A stretch of DNA of 64,000 nucleotides from Syncephalis fuscata S228 (lineage: Eukaryota; Fungi; Zoopagomycota): the NCBI GenBank assembly GCA_025786725.1, contig JAHLTZ010000036.1, forward strand, positions 62,001-126,000, read 5' to 3'. Shown here one piece after another: positions 28,875 through 42,201 of the stretch. A program made the position numbers and the translations under genes. The notes beneath the pieces are model-generated. The model was not told where the DNA came from. It was given only the letters and a program-made list of their open reading frames with translations, and made no database searches. Every line of letters starts with the position of its first letter. Positions within the stretch are counted from its first letter, which is position 1.

Positions 28875-29231
28875 CCTATCATTTTTGCATATGGTGGAGA
28901 CCGGTTTGCTTTATCAATGGTCAGCAAAGAAACTACGTCTACCAAGTTGATACCGAATGCGCAAAAGAATGATGAACATCAGAAATGCTAATTTTCCTAC
29001 CTTCTTGTCACCATAGATGAGTATTTTACATCGTAGATATGCCCAAAATGCAATATTAGAAAACTGGAAAATAAAACAGACCATTCAAACGCAAGAATCC
29101 ATGCTGTACGTAGATACAATAACAACAAACGCGGAATGGCATGGAATTGCAATTATGTGGCTTTTATTAATATTTGATTAATCTTTCTACACATGGCCAG
29201 TAACAACAATGATCGGCCTCGTGAATTTCAA
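28875..29231 (+). pseudogene. Decayed Fanzor/TnpB-like RuvC nuclease, C-terminal fragment
   Basis: One frame with three stops: PIIFAYGGDRFALSM...LLVTIDEYFTS*ICPKC...RIHAVRRYNNNKRGMAWNCNYVAFINI*LIF...NNNDRPREFQ. This follows the Fanzor/TnpB motif order: (I/V)AFG, DExxTSxxCxxC, second zinc-finger pair, WNRDxNAxxNI, RPxxF. Confidence 0.75.
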
Positions 29232-32200
29232 AGTGGTCAAATGAACATTATAACTAACCATGTTTGTTGTACATAACAGTGCGACTTGGAACGAATTTTG
29301 CTTTGAAGACCTCAGATGTGGGTCAAAGTACATTTTAACCAACCAAAATAAATCTTTATTTTCAAACAAAACATTTTTTGTTTCTCATGGTTTCATAAAA
29401 TGGTTCTACCGTTAATAGCCGTTTCAACTCCGGTGATCCTATCAATGCTACCGATGGTATCACACATGCAGGCGCATAGACAATAGACGTGCTATCCATC
29501 TATCCACTGATCCGGCGGAGATGACTAACATTCTCATGCTATACCAATGTTTCATCCAATTAATGCTATAACGTCATTTTCTTCTTTAATTGGCCAGCCA
29601 ACGGCATCCAATGCCTGATCTTGAAGGTCATTAATAAAAAAAGAAGCGAGTGATCGCCTGACTGACCGAGTGAGACGCCTCGCTTCCGTTCTTCTCTATC
29701 GTCTTGCGCTATTCTTTATTCGCCAAGCTCTATTTTCTTCTTATATTTTGCACTCACCCAGTCGCTTTCTTTTTGAAACGTTATTTGCTTTGCTGTTTTC
29801 TTATTGTCGGTTCACGTAAAGAGCAGTAAGCAGTGAGCAGAAAAGGGAATATACCCAGAGACGACACCGTGCGTGTGAATACAATTACTACTATTACTAC
29901 TGCCACTACTGCTACTATCTACGATACAGTAGCAATATAGTTGATTTTTTGTACATAGTGGGTAAGTTGATTATCATTGAATGGCCATCAGCTAGTTTGA
30001 GCGATGATTATTAAATCAGTACTATGTTATTATTGTTAAGATGCTTATTTGGCTTTGATAAAAGTGAATTAAGCGCACACAAATAATACATGTAATATTG
30101 ATTGTTTTTTTTATTAATTTCTATGCAATCAAGTAATTGTATTGCGTGCCAATGAAGATAATAATCCTATATGCATAAATGAATGCGTGCTAGTTTGCGT
30201 ATGTATGATTGCGTGTCTACAGTACAAGGCCAAAGATGAGCGGTGAGCTGGTTTTTCTCTTTCTTGTCGTCTTGTGCAGACATGCGCATTCAAATCATGT
30301 TTATGAGTGATATGCCCAGCCATGCGTTTCTATTTTATTATTGTATCTTATCTATAAGTTCATTATTGCTTTACAGCAAAGTAGTATATTAATATGGTAC
30401 TCTTTCGTCAATAGACCTTAATGGACTGTTTTATCATATAATCCAATGTGTTTATTGCATTGCCCTTTTTGTTAATGATCCGCGTGTTCATAAAGTTCAT
30501 CATGCATTATTAAATGTGTGAAAATCGATTTATGTCACCATGGTCACGGCCAGAAATTATTTTTCGCAAAGCGATTGACGTATTGATGCTACTCACGTTG
30601 GCTTGCATCATCTTGCAAGACGAAGTGAAAAAATAAGCATGAAGAGAAATGGTTATGTGAATTGATTTTACTACATTATCACTGTTATATTGTTATGATT
30701 ATGACGAGTTACGTAAAATAGCCGCCACAATAACCAATCGTTTAAATGCTATAATCTTATTCATTTTTTATTTACTTAGTTATTAGACTATTGGTTAATG
30801 GCTGCATTGTTATAATTATAATTTATTTATTTGATGAATTATTATACTTTTGTGTTAGATTTTGATAATTTACAAATCATGCACACTATAATTAATCTCA
30901 AATTATTTTATGCATCATCCGACAGCTCGGGCAACAGTTACGCCTTTGGCATGCTAGAAAGCCCGTTTATGCATGTTGTATGTTTCCTTTCTTGTTCGCT
31001 CTTTAACCGAGTATTCGTTTGTACGCAAGCTACACATTCCATAGTGGTAGAGGTGTGAGAGCGCAGTGAATCATGATGTTTGACCTTGATTATTATTGCT
31101 AAGAAGCCTTGTACCTGCAAGTAAGCACTGTAGAAGTGTGCATATGCGCATTTTCTATGCCGCATGTATCTATTGCCTCCATGTTCTAAAGTTTCCAATG
31201 TGTTGTGCACGCGTTATTACTGATTTGCATTTTCTTATTCTCACTGGCCCTGTTACAATTTATGTATGTATGAATATGTGAATGAATGAATGAATGTATG
31301 AATGTCACGATAAAGTGATGTAATTAAAAGTAGTGACATGGCCAGACGATCTTTTGCCTTGATCAATATTTGCGTTGTGTGCGGCACACGCGCTACGTAT
31401 GCAGTAATGAAATTATTCTAATAGTTTGCTGCTAAACAATATAATTGAATGAAAAATAGCGTGAACGCATTCGAGATAAATTATAGTGCTCTACAGTCTA
31501 TTCATAGTGCTGTTACTTTTGCTGTTGTTACTGCTGTTGTTGTTGTGACACTGCATCAGCTGTATGCTAAACCCTCTTCAGTTTCGGTTATTGGCTAAAT
31601 TATAGCAATGAAAATGATGATAATTCGCTACACAATGTGCTACACCGAGCTGCTTATGCTTCAACCGCACTGCCTTTTTTGTACGTTTATGCGTGCATGG
31701 GTTGTAATAGATGTGTGTAGCACCAGTGGTGTAAAAGAAAGTGAAGTACAGCGATACAGAGTTTACAGAACAATGCACAGTGATGGTGATAACAAAGGAG
31801 GGCTTGTACTGCCAATGGGCAAAGGTGCCACCATGTCGTGTGGCAGGACTATGTTTTAACCGAACATAGTATAGCTTATGCTGCCTTTACTGCTATGGCT
31901 ATTGCCGTTTCTATCGGCGATGTCGTTTGCCTTTGCTTTCGTGCTCTTAGTTAATATGCATGCGGGAAATACAATTTACAAAATGAAAGCATGTTTTTTG
32001 TACAAGTGCTCGTATCAGTATGTACATTACGGCAATTCAAGGTCAGCACTATAGATTATTATTTTTACGCGTGGCGTGTTCATGAGTACATGCTTTTGAC
32101 TTTCTAACTAGAACCAGCTGTCTAGTGATGTGTCGGATTATTCTCTTACTTTATTGTATAATATTCATTATACGATCGATAAACTATTTTTATTTTTAAA

Positions 32201-35200
32201 ATAGTTTAAATGTCGCGGTTTTACTTTTGATCATCGACGTGAACAATTTGTTTACGGGGAAGTGCATCTTGCGATACCGCTAAACTCTTGGCATGTGTAT
32301 GTGTGTATGTATTGCACTCCCGGGATTATAGCCTAGCATGCCATTATTTACGCGCTCACCTTGTACAAGTTTCAGCTCTGTACCTGCGATATGGCTTTAA
32401 AATTGTCGGCTGTGCGCGAGGACATGGAAGGAAAGTGGCATTAGCAGCGGCACAAGAGCAGCAGGAAAGGGAGACAGGGCAGTGGGATTGAGGAGAGTAA
32501 AGGCCAGCGGTAGCTCGTTTTCTTGGTGCTCGCGTATCTCTTTTCTCCCCTACACGCATGCACAAGCACTGCGTCAGCCGTTGCAGGTGCGTCGTCGGGA
32601 CCAGTGCCAGTAACAGAACGAGCGAATGAATGAAGTAACAATGTGGCGTGGTGTGTGTGTAGCCTGCATGTATTTTTCTTGCACCCACCCATCCATTCAT
32701 ACACGTACATATCACAATACATGGTTATCGAGTCAATTGAGCTTTACTCACCCCTCTCTCTATCTGACGCACGGTCCCCCTCTTCAACTCTGCATTTGTC
32801 TATTATTCATTCTTTCCCCACAGCGACGCCTGCTTTTATCTTCATGTGCTATCGCCGACACTCTCGGCTCACATGATACTAATGACGATAGTGCTGGCAC
32901 CGCCGCTAATTCCACTGTCACGGTGGCATTGGCCACTAATAGTGATGTTAATAATACTAAACATCTTGCTATGGTATCGATTGCGTTCGAGGTTGCTGCA
33001 GATATTTCTATTTATTACCGGGAATCCACGTCCAATTTCTCCAATCGATTAATACGTGTTAAAATCCTCATTTAGTTTTTTTCTTTTTTGGCTGAGTTGC
33101 GCCGTAACTTCACATTATAAGCATCTGATTTCGTATCAATCTTTAAACAACACACTCAAAACTCACTATTGCCATTACTTTCGCTCTACTGCTACTACTA
33201 CCTCCATTCAACTCTACCATTATCACTGCCACCACCACCACAACCACTACTACTACTCGTCAACAAAGTTGACCTTTTGTTCGTTCGTGTATTCGTTCGC
33301 TCAATTCTTTTTTCTTTCTGTACCTGAATATTATTGAAATTCAGGCTTATCCATCATCACCACCACTACTGCTGCTATATTGCAATTATTACTAGAATTA
33401 TTGTAGTTCATTAATTCTACTTTTATTCTACGGTTTAACTTTATATTCTTGATATATTTCAATTTGTTATATTGAAGTGTTTTTTCTTTTTCTTTTTTGT
33501 CGACGGATAAGCACACGATTACGTTTTCGTGCTATCTATTACGGTTTATAGTGGTGCTTTTTCGTCACATTACGTTTATTATTATTGTCACTACTATTGT
33601 TATTATTATTACTTTATACTTTTATTATTATTACTATACTGAACTAAACTGCTACGTTTGCGTCGTGCTATATACATGACATTGTATTGCCATTTTCTTT
33701 GTACGCTGATGAATATGCCACTTATGGCAGTGGTAATATAACCGCTTGCTAACATATTTATTCCGCCCAATTAGGCCAATTATTCAAAAGTAACTTCAAG
33801 ACAACCGCTGCTTGTACAACCATCCTTTCAAGCTTGTGACCATTCTACTTTGTAAGTGATTTCATCAGTCGGCCTTTAATGCATTTTACATGCCTAGCGT
33901 TACACAGACAGTGTGTACAATAAGGCATGGCACCGAGTTCATCGTTGCCCCACCGATGATTGTGTACCATTTTGGGGATTGGTGCGATGGTGTGGTATCG
34001 CCTAACGACCATGCCTATTACAATGGTTGGCGTGCAATGCCTATTCTGCTTAGCTATATTCTCTGTGCATCTCAAGTATTTTACTTATACATCACTTGGG
34101 TATCACGTAGAGAATGTGAGTTGGATGGCTGCTGTTGATTTATATGATACGATTAGAGCTGTTTTGCTTTATCGCTTGCTATCTATGATAGATAGATAGA
34201 CGATATTTGCTTTATTACGATAATTTTTGTAGACTGTAGCCTATTGGTAGAAAGTAGCGTGCTACATCTATGTTCAAGTTTAAACTTGATGCCAATGTAT
34301 ATATATGTGTGTGCGTGTGTATATGTATGTGGCAGAGTTGTTTATTATTAGTTACAGTGACTGGTGCGTGCGTGTGGAGAGAGAAAGTGTGAAGGGGTAT
34401 GCCATCAAAGTATGTCTACTACATGTTCGGTCAATTGCGACGCATGTCAATGCACACGCGTTCTTTGCATGCATTATTGTCCTTTGTTGTTGTAAGCAAT
34501 AGAGCAGCGCGTATCATGGCTGCTAACCAAGTTGACTTTGTCGCGCTGTCTCCATCTCTAGTCGGAGAAATGATTGGTTGCACAGTTACTGCCTGATGTA
34601 TAGCTGGTTTATTCCGATGTCCCCATTTTTACGGCTACCAGTTACTTGCTATACTAAACGAATGGCTGCTGTAAGCTTTTCGTTTGATGTTTTAATTTTA
34701 TTATCCGCTCTCTTCCGTTTCACTGTTCTATTCCAATCCAGTTTATTTTTAACTCTCCTTTTCTCTGTATATGGAGCACGGTCGGTAATCAAACTTCCGT
34801 TGTGTTTACTTGTCAATGTAAAGAACGTCCAATTAAAGGTGGCACGTGGCGGACTACGAATATGCTACTCTTCAATGTCACGTTACTGGTAACATTGGCT
34901 ATCTCGTTATCATATTGACCACATACAGATATATTTATTATTTATCCTTTTTGTCTGCTTCCTTCCTTCCTTATTTCCTTTTTCTTCGCTTTTTAATTAT
35001 TAGCCTTGTGCAAATATGCCGATGCTTAAAAAGTGTCTTTTTATTCGTCAATAGAATTGAGACGAACGGTCCTTTGCTTAATTAAGGCACCCAGTCACAA
35101 ATCTATTAGCCCAGATTTACGCAATTATTGTTGGATTGACTGTAATTGACGGGTGTCTCTTTCTCACTGCTTCCTCTATCCATTGCCGACAACTTCATCA

Positions 35201-37347
35201 ACTTGTCTTATTTACCGGTTATCTCTCTTGTTTCCTATTTTCTTATTCTTGTTTGCACTTACTTAATATCCTACTCGCTTACCCTACATAGTAGTACTCT
35301 GTCAACCATCATTTTGCGCTTCAAATTCACATCACCGGAATTGTTGTTATTGAGTTGTATATAGGTGTGTAAACAAGCACATTATTATGTATTTGCGATG
35401 CGTAGTATAGTATCGCGTATGGGTGCGTGCATTTCGTGATGTATACTTTTTGTACCTTTATGCATATTACCTTGCAGTGGGCATGATATTCATAGAAGGA
35501 CAGCATGACTACTTGGAACCATTTGGTTTCATACTAGTCTACTTTTTATTTCGTTTAGACTTGTCACCATTAATAATCTTTCTCTTTATTGTTTTCTACT
35601 CTTCTCTCTCTTTCTCTCTTTATTCTCTAGTCAAATCTTTTTATGGATTCAATTAGAAGATTGCGCATTGTGTATACATACTTGCCTTCCCCTTTTATCT
35701 GTTAGGTTCATTTATCATATTGTTATCGTTGCTTTCGTTTAGTATACATTCTTTGGTGCGTTTGACATTTTCTATCACAATATTGCCACTTTTATTCGTT
35801 CTTGTTGTAATTCCACTCATTACCCTTGACGGCCAATTCGTTAAAGCCAACACCATCTATTATTGGTTAAAGTATGTCTATGCGACAAAATGGAGAACTT
35901 ACTCCTTGTAAACGTTTAATTTCAACGTTTCACTAAACACTCAAGGTCATTTGTAGGAATGACCTTTAAGTAATGGTGTTTATTGACGGTAAATATACAT
36001 ACACACACACACACACACACATTTTGCCAATCCACTTGTGGTCATATGTTTTGATACCAATGGATGTATTAGTGTAAAAAGAGGGAAGAGAAAGATACAC
36101 GTGTAAACATATGGATGTGTAGATGCACAGATGACTGCTGCCCTTGACACTTGACATTGTAACTCGATGCTTCATTCCATGCTATTGGATGTTGTAATAC
36201 TCGTTTTACTATTTGATATCTATGCAGTCATTATATGTCTTTAATGCTTTGGTTTGACAGTGTACATGTAATGCACTTTTATTACTATGTATCATTCATA
36301 ATTAGTAATGATTATTGTTTGATATTTTACGTTAAATTGGTTCATTCAATTTACATTAGTAATATTAGTAATTCATACACTGTTCATTATACCATTTAAG
36401 GCAGGTCATTTACTCTATGTTTGTCACTCATCAAAATGGCTTTGTTGAACCGGTTTTCTTTTAAGCTTTATTCGTTTCCTTTGTAACACTATTTATTACG
36501 GATATACATACCGGGTATAGGAGATAATTAAGTGTACATTACGGCATAACTGGTCATCATTTAATGTAACCAATCTTACGCTGAGACTGCCCCTTTTATC
36601 TTGCATGCATCACTCCTCGGTTGACTCCGATGCCAATATATTTAATAGCGCCGTTTTTTTTGACATTAATATCAACTGCAACTTGTTCTTATATTGCACT
36701 TTTTGTTTGCACATACTCAATTTACTATCTTTTGGATAGAAAATAACTACCTATATATATATATATATATGTATATTTATAGTTATATATTTGTTTGATT
36801 ATCTGTTTTGGCGTTTCATTTACTAATTACAACTATTTTAATAGGCATCAATAGTTGTTCATTTTCATTGAATCGAACCCAGTAAACCAACAACAGTAAC
36901 ATAGTAGTAATTATTAACGCTGTTATTGCTACTACTATTGCTATTATCGACAAACCATCCATTGCACTTCAACCAAACCAATCTTGTGATTACATAACTA
37001 GCAAAACACAAAAGGTAAATAATCAATCAAGTTTAATATTAATTTATTAATAATGTTAATTAATTTTATTTAGTTTGTGTAAGTATTAATATACACATTT
37101 CGGTGTTTGTGTTTATAGTACTTTGTGCTCTATCCATTTCTACAGCCAGTTTATTTGCCTAACATCAAGCAAACTACGATATTTTTTTCATTAGTACAAA
37201 GATCGCTTGATTGTTATTATTATTGCCGTCGACATTATTGCCAATACTGATTGATTCTACTTTGCTGTTACCGTTTATTGGCTGAATCGATTTTTCTACT
37301 TTATTTGTATTTTGTGCGTGCGTGCGTGTGTGCTTACGTATCTCAGT

Positions 37348-40300
37348 ATGGCACAACCACATTTACCTGCCTCGTACAGTTTTCAGTTTCCTGACATTAG
37401 TGCAGCCCCTTCTAATTATTACGGAAGCGAGTCACATCTAGCGAGGTCTCCCAATTCTTTGGAAACACGACGCCGCAAGATTCACTCTTCTGAGTCGTTA
37501 TCTTCGAGTTTCCATCCTTACTCGCCCCAGCAAAATTTACGTAAACGCAATTCTGTGCATAATATGATGATTTCGTCTGTACATCAAAAACCGAACGACG
37601 GCTCTGGTGTCTTTCCCGTTATTAACGAGTTTTCTTTTACCATGCAGCACCCGGGAATGATAACGTCCGATGGTAATAGTAGCAGCTCTGCTGCTGCTGC
37701 TGCGGCCGCCGCCGCTGCTTTCATGCCCACTGGGATGGATTTTACTCAATTGATGAACGGCCAGTTTAATCAAAACACTACCGCCAATGGTAATAATGCT
37801 GGTGCGCCTGATTTCTCTCAAATGTTAGTTACCGGCCATGACTTTCAAGCTATCCAGTCGCCTGGTATACCTACCATGGCTCATAATACAGCGTTTAATC
37901 CGTTGGCCACACCTGGATCAATGCATGCTCGTTCTGACTGCGGATCTCCAGCGGCATTTTCCTCGCCTGATCCTAATGCTATTATGACCAGTGGTCAACA
38001 TACGCCGACGATTGCTCGCACCTTCCTTGGTATGCGTATTCAAGATGATGAGGCCCAATCGCCCAATCTTGGATTTAATCCAGCTGCTGGCATATTACCC
38101 GGTAGTATTAATCAAATGACCGGCCATCCATCTTATCCAATCTTTCGTACTGTTTCGCCGGCTCAATTGCAACAGCCAATGCCAGTTCCACCTTTGCAAA
38201 CAATGCCTCAGCAATCATCGCTGCATCATCATCAACAGCAGCAACAGCAACAACAGATACAGCAACAACAGACTATGTTTCCTAGTATGCTGGGCATTCC
38301 TTTTCCTAATTCATTTTCGGCTCATCCACCTTTACCGCCACCCATTGGTCATCCATCTAATATGATGATGGATCCGCAGCAATTTCAGCGTAATTTCCAA
38401 GGAGCTGCAGCCATGTCACCACCAGAATCACCAGGCCAAATAAAAACGCTATTTACTTCACCTGGATCATCAGGCTCTTCCCGTATACCGGGTAAAGACG
38501 GATCACATCATTCTTTATTAGGCCCAGGTAATATTATACCTGAAGAGGATGATAACGACGGATTTTCTATCGGCCATCCGAATGGCAGTGGCAATCATTT
38601 ACCATTGGAAATAGTTTTTAATCGTCCTCGTATGGAAGTGAATGTTGATGCCATCCGACCAGCGGTCAAACACTATCTTTCACTTGGCGGTGGTGTCGGC
38701 GTTGGCACTGGTGCTGCGCCTGAAGATCCACACGGTGAACGAACTGTTGTATTAATGACAGCACGCGTTGCACAAAAGAGTTATGGTGCAGAAAAACGGT
38801 AAGTTATTAGTTGCTTTATTTATCAATACTACAGTTAACTAACTAACTAACCATCATGTTTGATGATTTATAATAGATTCTTATGTCCACCACCTACTGT
38901 AATGCTCTTGGGCAGTCAATGGTGGACTGCAGCACCTGGTTATGATCAACACGGCCAAGCTGATACAGCCTATCACCCACCTAAGGTTATTATTCATATA
39001 CCTGGTGACAGTGGCGACCAGCCTGGTGTACTTGACTGGTGTAATGCAGCTGGCCAACCAGTACTTGAAGGTTCAACACTAGGCGGTGTTACTGGTCCAG
39101 TTGAAGCATTACCGGTGGCCGGTCGCTGTGTGGCAAAACATCTTTATATTAACGATGCTGACGAGAAGCGAAAACGCGTTGAAATCTCTGTTCGAATTCA
39201 AACAGCAGCTGGCCATCAATTGGGTAAATTTGATAGTCGCCCAATCAAAGTTATTAGTAAGCCAAGTAAAAAGCGACAAAGTGTCAAAAATCTTGAATGT
39301 AAGTATATAAAATGATGACTATATGTTTTATTTAATTAACTAATTAATGGTTTTAGTGTGTATACATCATGGCACGACTGTTTCCTTGTTTAATAGAGTG
39401 CGTTCACAAACTGTTTCTACAAAATATCTCGGTGTTTCCTCGAATGCCACAACACAAAGATGGCACTGTCCGGGTACTTTCAATCCGGCAATGGCCAACA
39501 CCGGTGACGCGGCGGCCTGTTTCGTTGCCCGCACCGATGGTTGGGATCCATTTGTCATCTGGCTAGTTGAGCCGGATCCACTGAAACGAGACCAGCAACA
39601 GTTATTGCAAGATCAAGCAGCCGAGGCCGAAGCAACGCCTATTGGCTATCCACCACCACCTGGCGTGGCTATGCATCCACGCCGCCACGTATCACTAAGC
39701 CAGACTATTAATGGCACAGTGACGGCCATTCCCTCAGGTGCACAGCTTATTCCAGTGCATTATAACCAACTTGTTGTGCTACAATGCCTAACTACTGGTA
39801 TGGTGAGTCCAGTAATGCGTGTACGCAAGGTTGAAAAAGGCAGTATGGTCACTGGTGGCGCTGAAATTACATCGCTGGGCGATGGTACTGAAATGCTAGG
39901 TGATCCAGTATCTCAATTACACAAGGTGGCATTTGAAATCTACCAGCCAAAACCAATAGCTCCACCAGCTTCAAGTGCTGAATCACTTGAAGAGCATATG
40001 ATGTATGGCCAGTCACAGCCATCACCACTATCCGTAAATACTGGGTTTGACACGGCACCTGGCACGTATTTGGCCTGTCTAGGCGATGTTGTAGGTGTTC
40101 ACCCGGCCGTGGAAGGAACTAAACGATTAATGAGTCCACCACATACGCCTAAGACGCCAACGTTGGCTCATAATAATGGCGCAGCAAGTAATCGATCACT
40201 TAGTCCACAAGATGCTCGTGATATGAGTGGCAATACGTCCTCAGTGCCTGGATCACCGCTATGGCCACAACAATCGCAGTCTTCGATAGGATCAGCATCG

Positions 40301-41146
40301 CCGCAACAACAGCCACAGCCACAACAAATACTACAAGAGCCAATACGTAGTCTAAAGCGGCGTGCCACTCAGCCAATGTTAGCTGGTGGTGCTGCCAGTG
40401 GTGGAATACATAAATCATCGCCACCGGTGAAGTCTATTCGCAAGGTTAGCAGTCTTGGTAACTTTGCTGTAAATGCTGCAGCTGCCGCTGCCGCTGCCAC
40501 TGCTGCTGGTGGTGCATACTACGCCGATCCACACCATCCTCACTTTCCATACGGCGCATCGCCATCGTCATCTAGCACGTCCAGCGCTGCTGCTGCTGCC
40601 GCTGCTGCACTAGCAGCTACCGGCACCTCTTGGAATGAAGATGTAGGCGATGCATCGGTATGGACCATTGTAGGTACTGAATGCGTTCGCTATACATTCT
40701 ATCATCCCAATAGCAGCAACGGCAATGCCAATCACGCTAATGGCGACCCGTCGAATGCATTCCAATTCCAGCCGCAGCTACACTTGGCACCAGTAACGCC
40801 TGTGCCATCAGTTCATCGTGTTACTATTACCACGACAGCAACGGCAGCTGGATCAACGACTGATCCAAATATATCGTTGGATAATCTTGGCGGTGAATCG
40901 GCTTCATCTGCTCCACTTGTGCTGCTATCAGGCGAGAACTTTACATCCGATCTATCGGTATGGTTTGGCGATCGATGCAGTGCCCAAACTGAATGGAGAG
41001 GCCGCGAACTTATCGCTTGCTATGGACCGGAGCCAGTGCTCAATAGCGATGGCAGTGGCAATGCAGTCGAGCGACAAGAAGTGCCACTCTTGCTCGTAAG
41101 ATCAGATGGCGTCATTTACAAGACAGGACGTACCTTGATTGTATAG
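37348..41146 (+). CDS. CSL (CBF1/Su(H)/LAG-1) family transcription factor, fungal Cbf11/Cbf12-like
   Basis: ARVAQKSYGAEKR|FLCPPP, IKVISKPSKKRQS, VSLFNRVRSQTVSTKYL, DPVSQLHKVAF, WTIVGTE, GENFT..LSVWFG and LLVRSDGVIY; long Q/P/A-rich N-terminus; two introns. Confidence 0.95.
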
Positions 41147-41356
41147 AAGAGAATAACCCAATTATTTTTGGCTATTATCCAACATTCACTCTACTCTTAC
41201 TTTACCTTCTTCTTTGTCTTCTTCTTTTCAATTTTAGCTGAATATCGCGTAAATGTTGTCTTTTTTCGCTGTGACAATTATCAAATTAAAAACATTTGTA
41301 TTTTGATTTAAACTGAAATACACATTAATTTATTAATGATTATAATGACTTTTTTG

Positions 41357-42082
41357 TAACATTCGCGTAATTGAACTACACATTCATCTAGTGAACATGG
41401 AGACAAGTGGTGAGTTTTATTTAATCATTACAGCATCACATTTATTGTTTTTTGGTGGTCAAATGACTAACATTTAATAATTAAATCTATTGAACATGAT
41501 GATGGGTGGTGAGTGACATCAATCATCAAATACTCATTATTGTAGATTTATTATCCAATATGCATATATCCACCGTTTACCTATATCATTCCCATTTGTC
41601 TCACACTATTATATACCATTCAATGATATACTAGTCATATTTTATTGTTTATATATTCCAATACACTTCATTCATTCTACTCATTATATTATATGCACTG
41701 TAACTCCAACATAGCTAATCGGCACTTCAGCTTGTATATTCATTATATTGTTTTATTGACTTGTTATATAAAAGCTATGAACTGATCAAACCTGTTGACT
41801 ATTTGTTTTTACTTATATTATTAATAAAATCAACCAATATACCAATATATGTATACATTGGTAATAGTATATATACATATTAGATAATAAAGCTACAATA
41901 ATGGGTATTTGATGATTGATGTCACTCACCGCCCATCGTCATGTTCAATAGATTGGGCGTTATTAAATATTAGTCATTTGACCACCAAGTTATAATAAAT
42001 GTAATAATGTAATGATTAAATAAAACTCACCACCCAGTCTCATCTTCAATAGAAAAATGCTAGTTTAATTACGCGAATGTTA
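41357..42082. mobile_element. Non-autonomous foldback/MITE-like element with ~190-210-bp inverted arms
   Basis: Begins TAACATTCGCGTAATTGAACTA and ends TAGTTTAATTACGCGAATGTTA. Arms 41357-41566 and 41895-42082 are inverted copies around an AT-rich non-coding spacer. No clear TSD seen. Confidence 0.65.
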
Positions 42083-42201
42083 TCAAGTTGTCATTGCGTA
42101 TTAAATAATAACAAATTGTTTACTATCTGTAAAAAAGATTATTTTTATTTAATTTGTAAATAAAGTAACAGCTACTAATATTTTATTAATCAAACTAATA
42201 A

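Noticed and set aside
31238-35167. CSL autoregulatory sites (TTCTCAC, i.e. GTGAGAA, at 31238 and 35161)
   Set aside because: Two hits in roughly 8-10 kb is about what chance predicts for this 7-mer family.
30129-36175. Numerous 60-150 aa ORFs in the ORF track
   Set aside because: Low-complexity or microsatellite-derived translations, overlapping in several frames, with no recognisable motifs.
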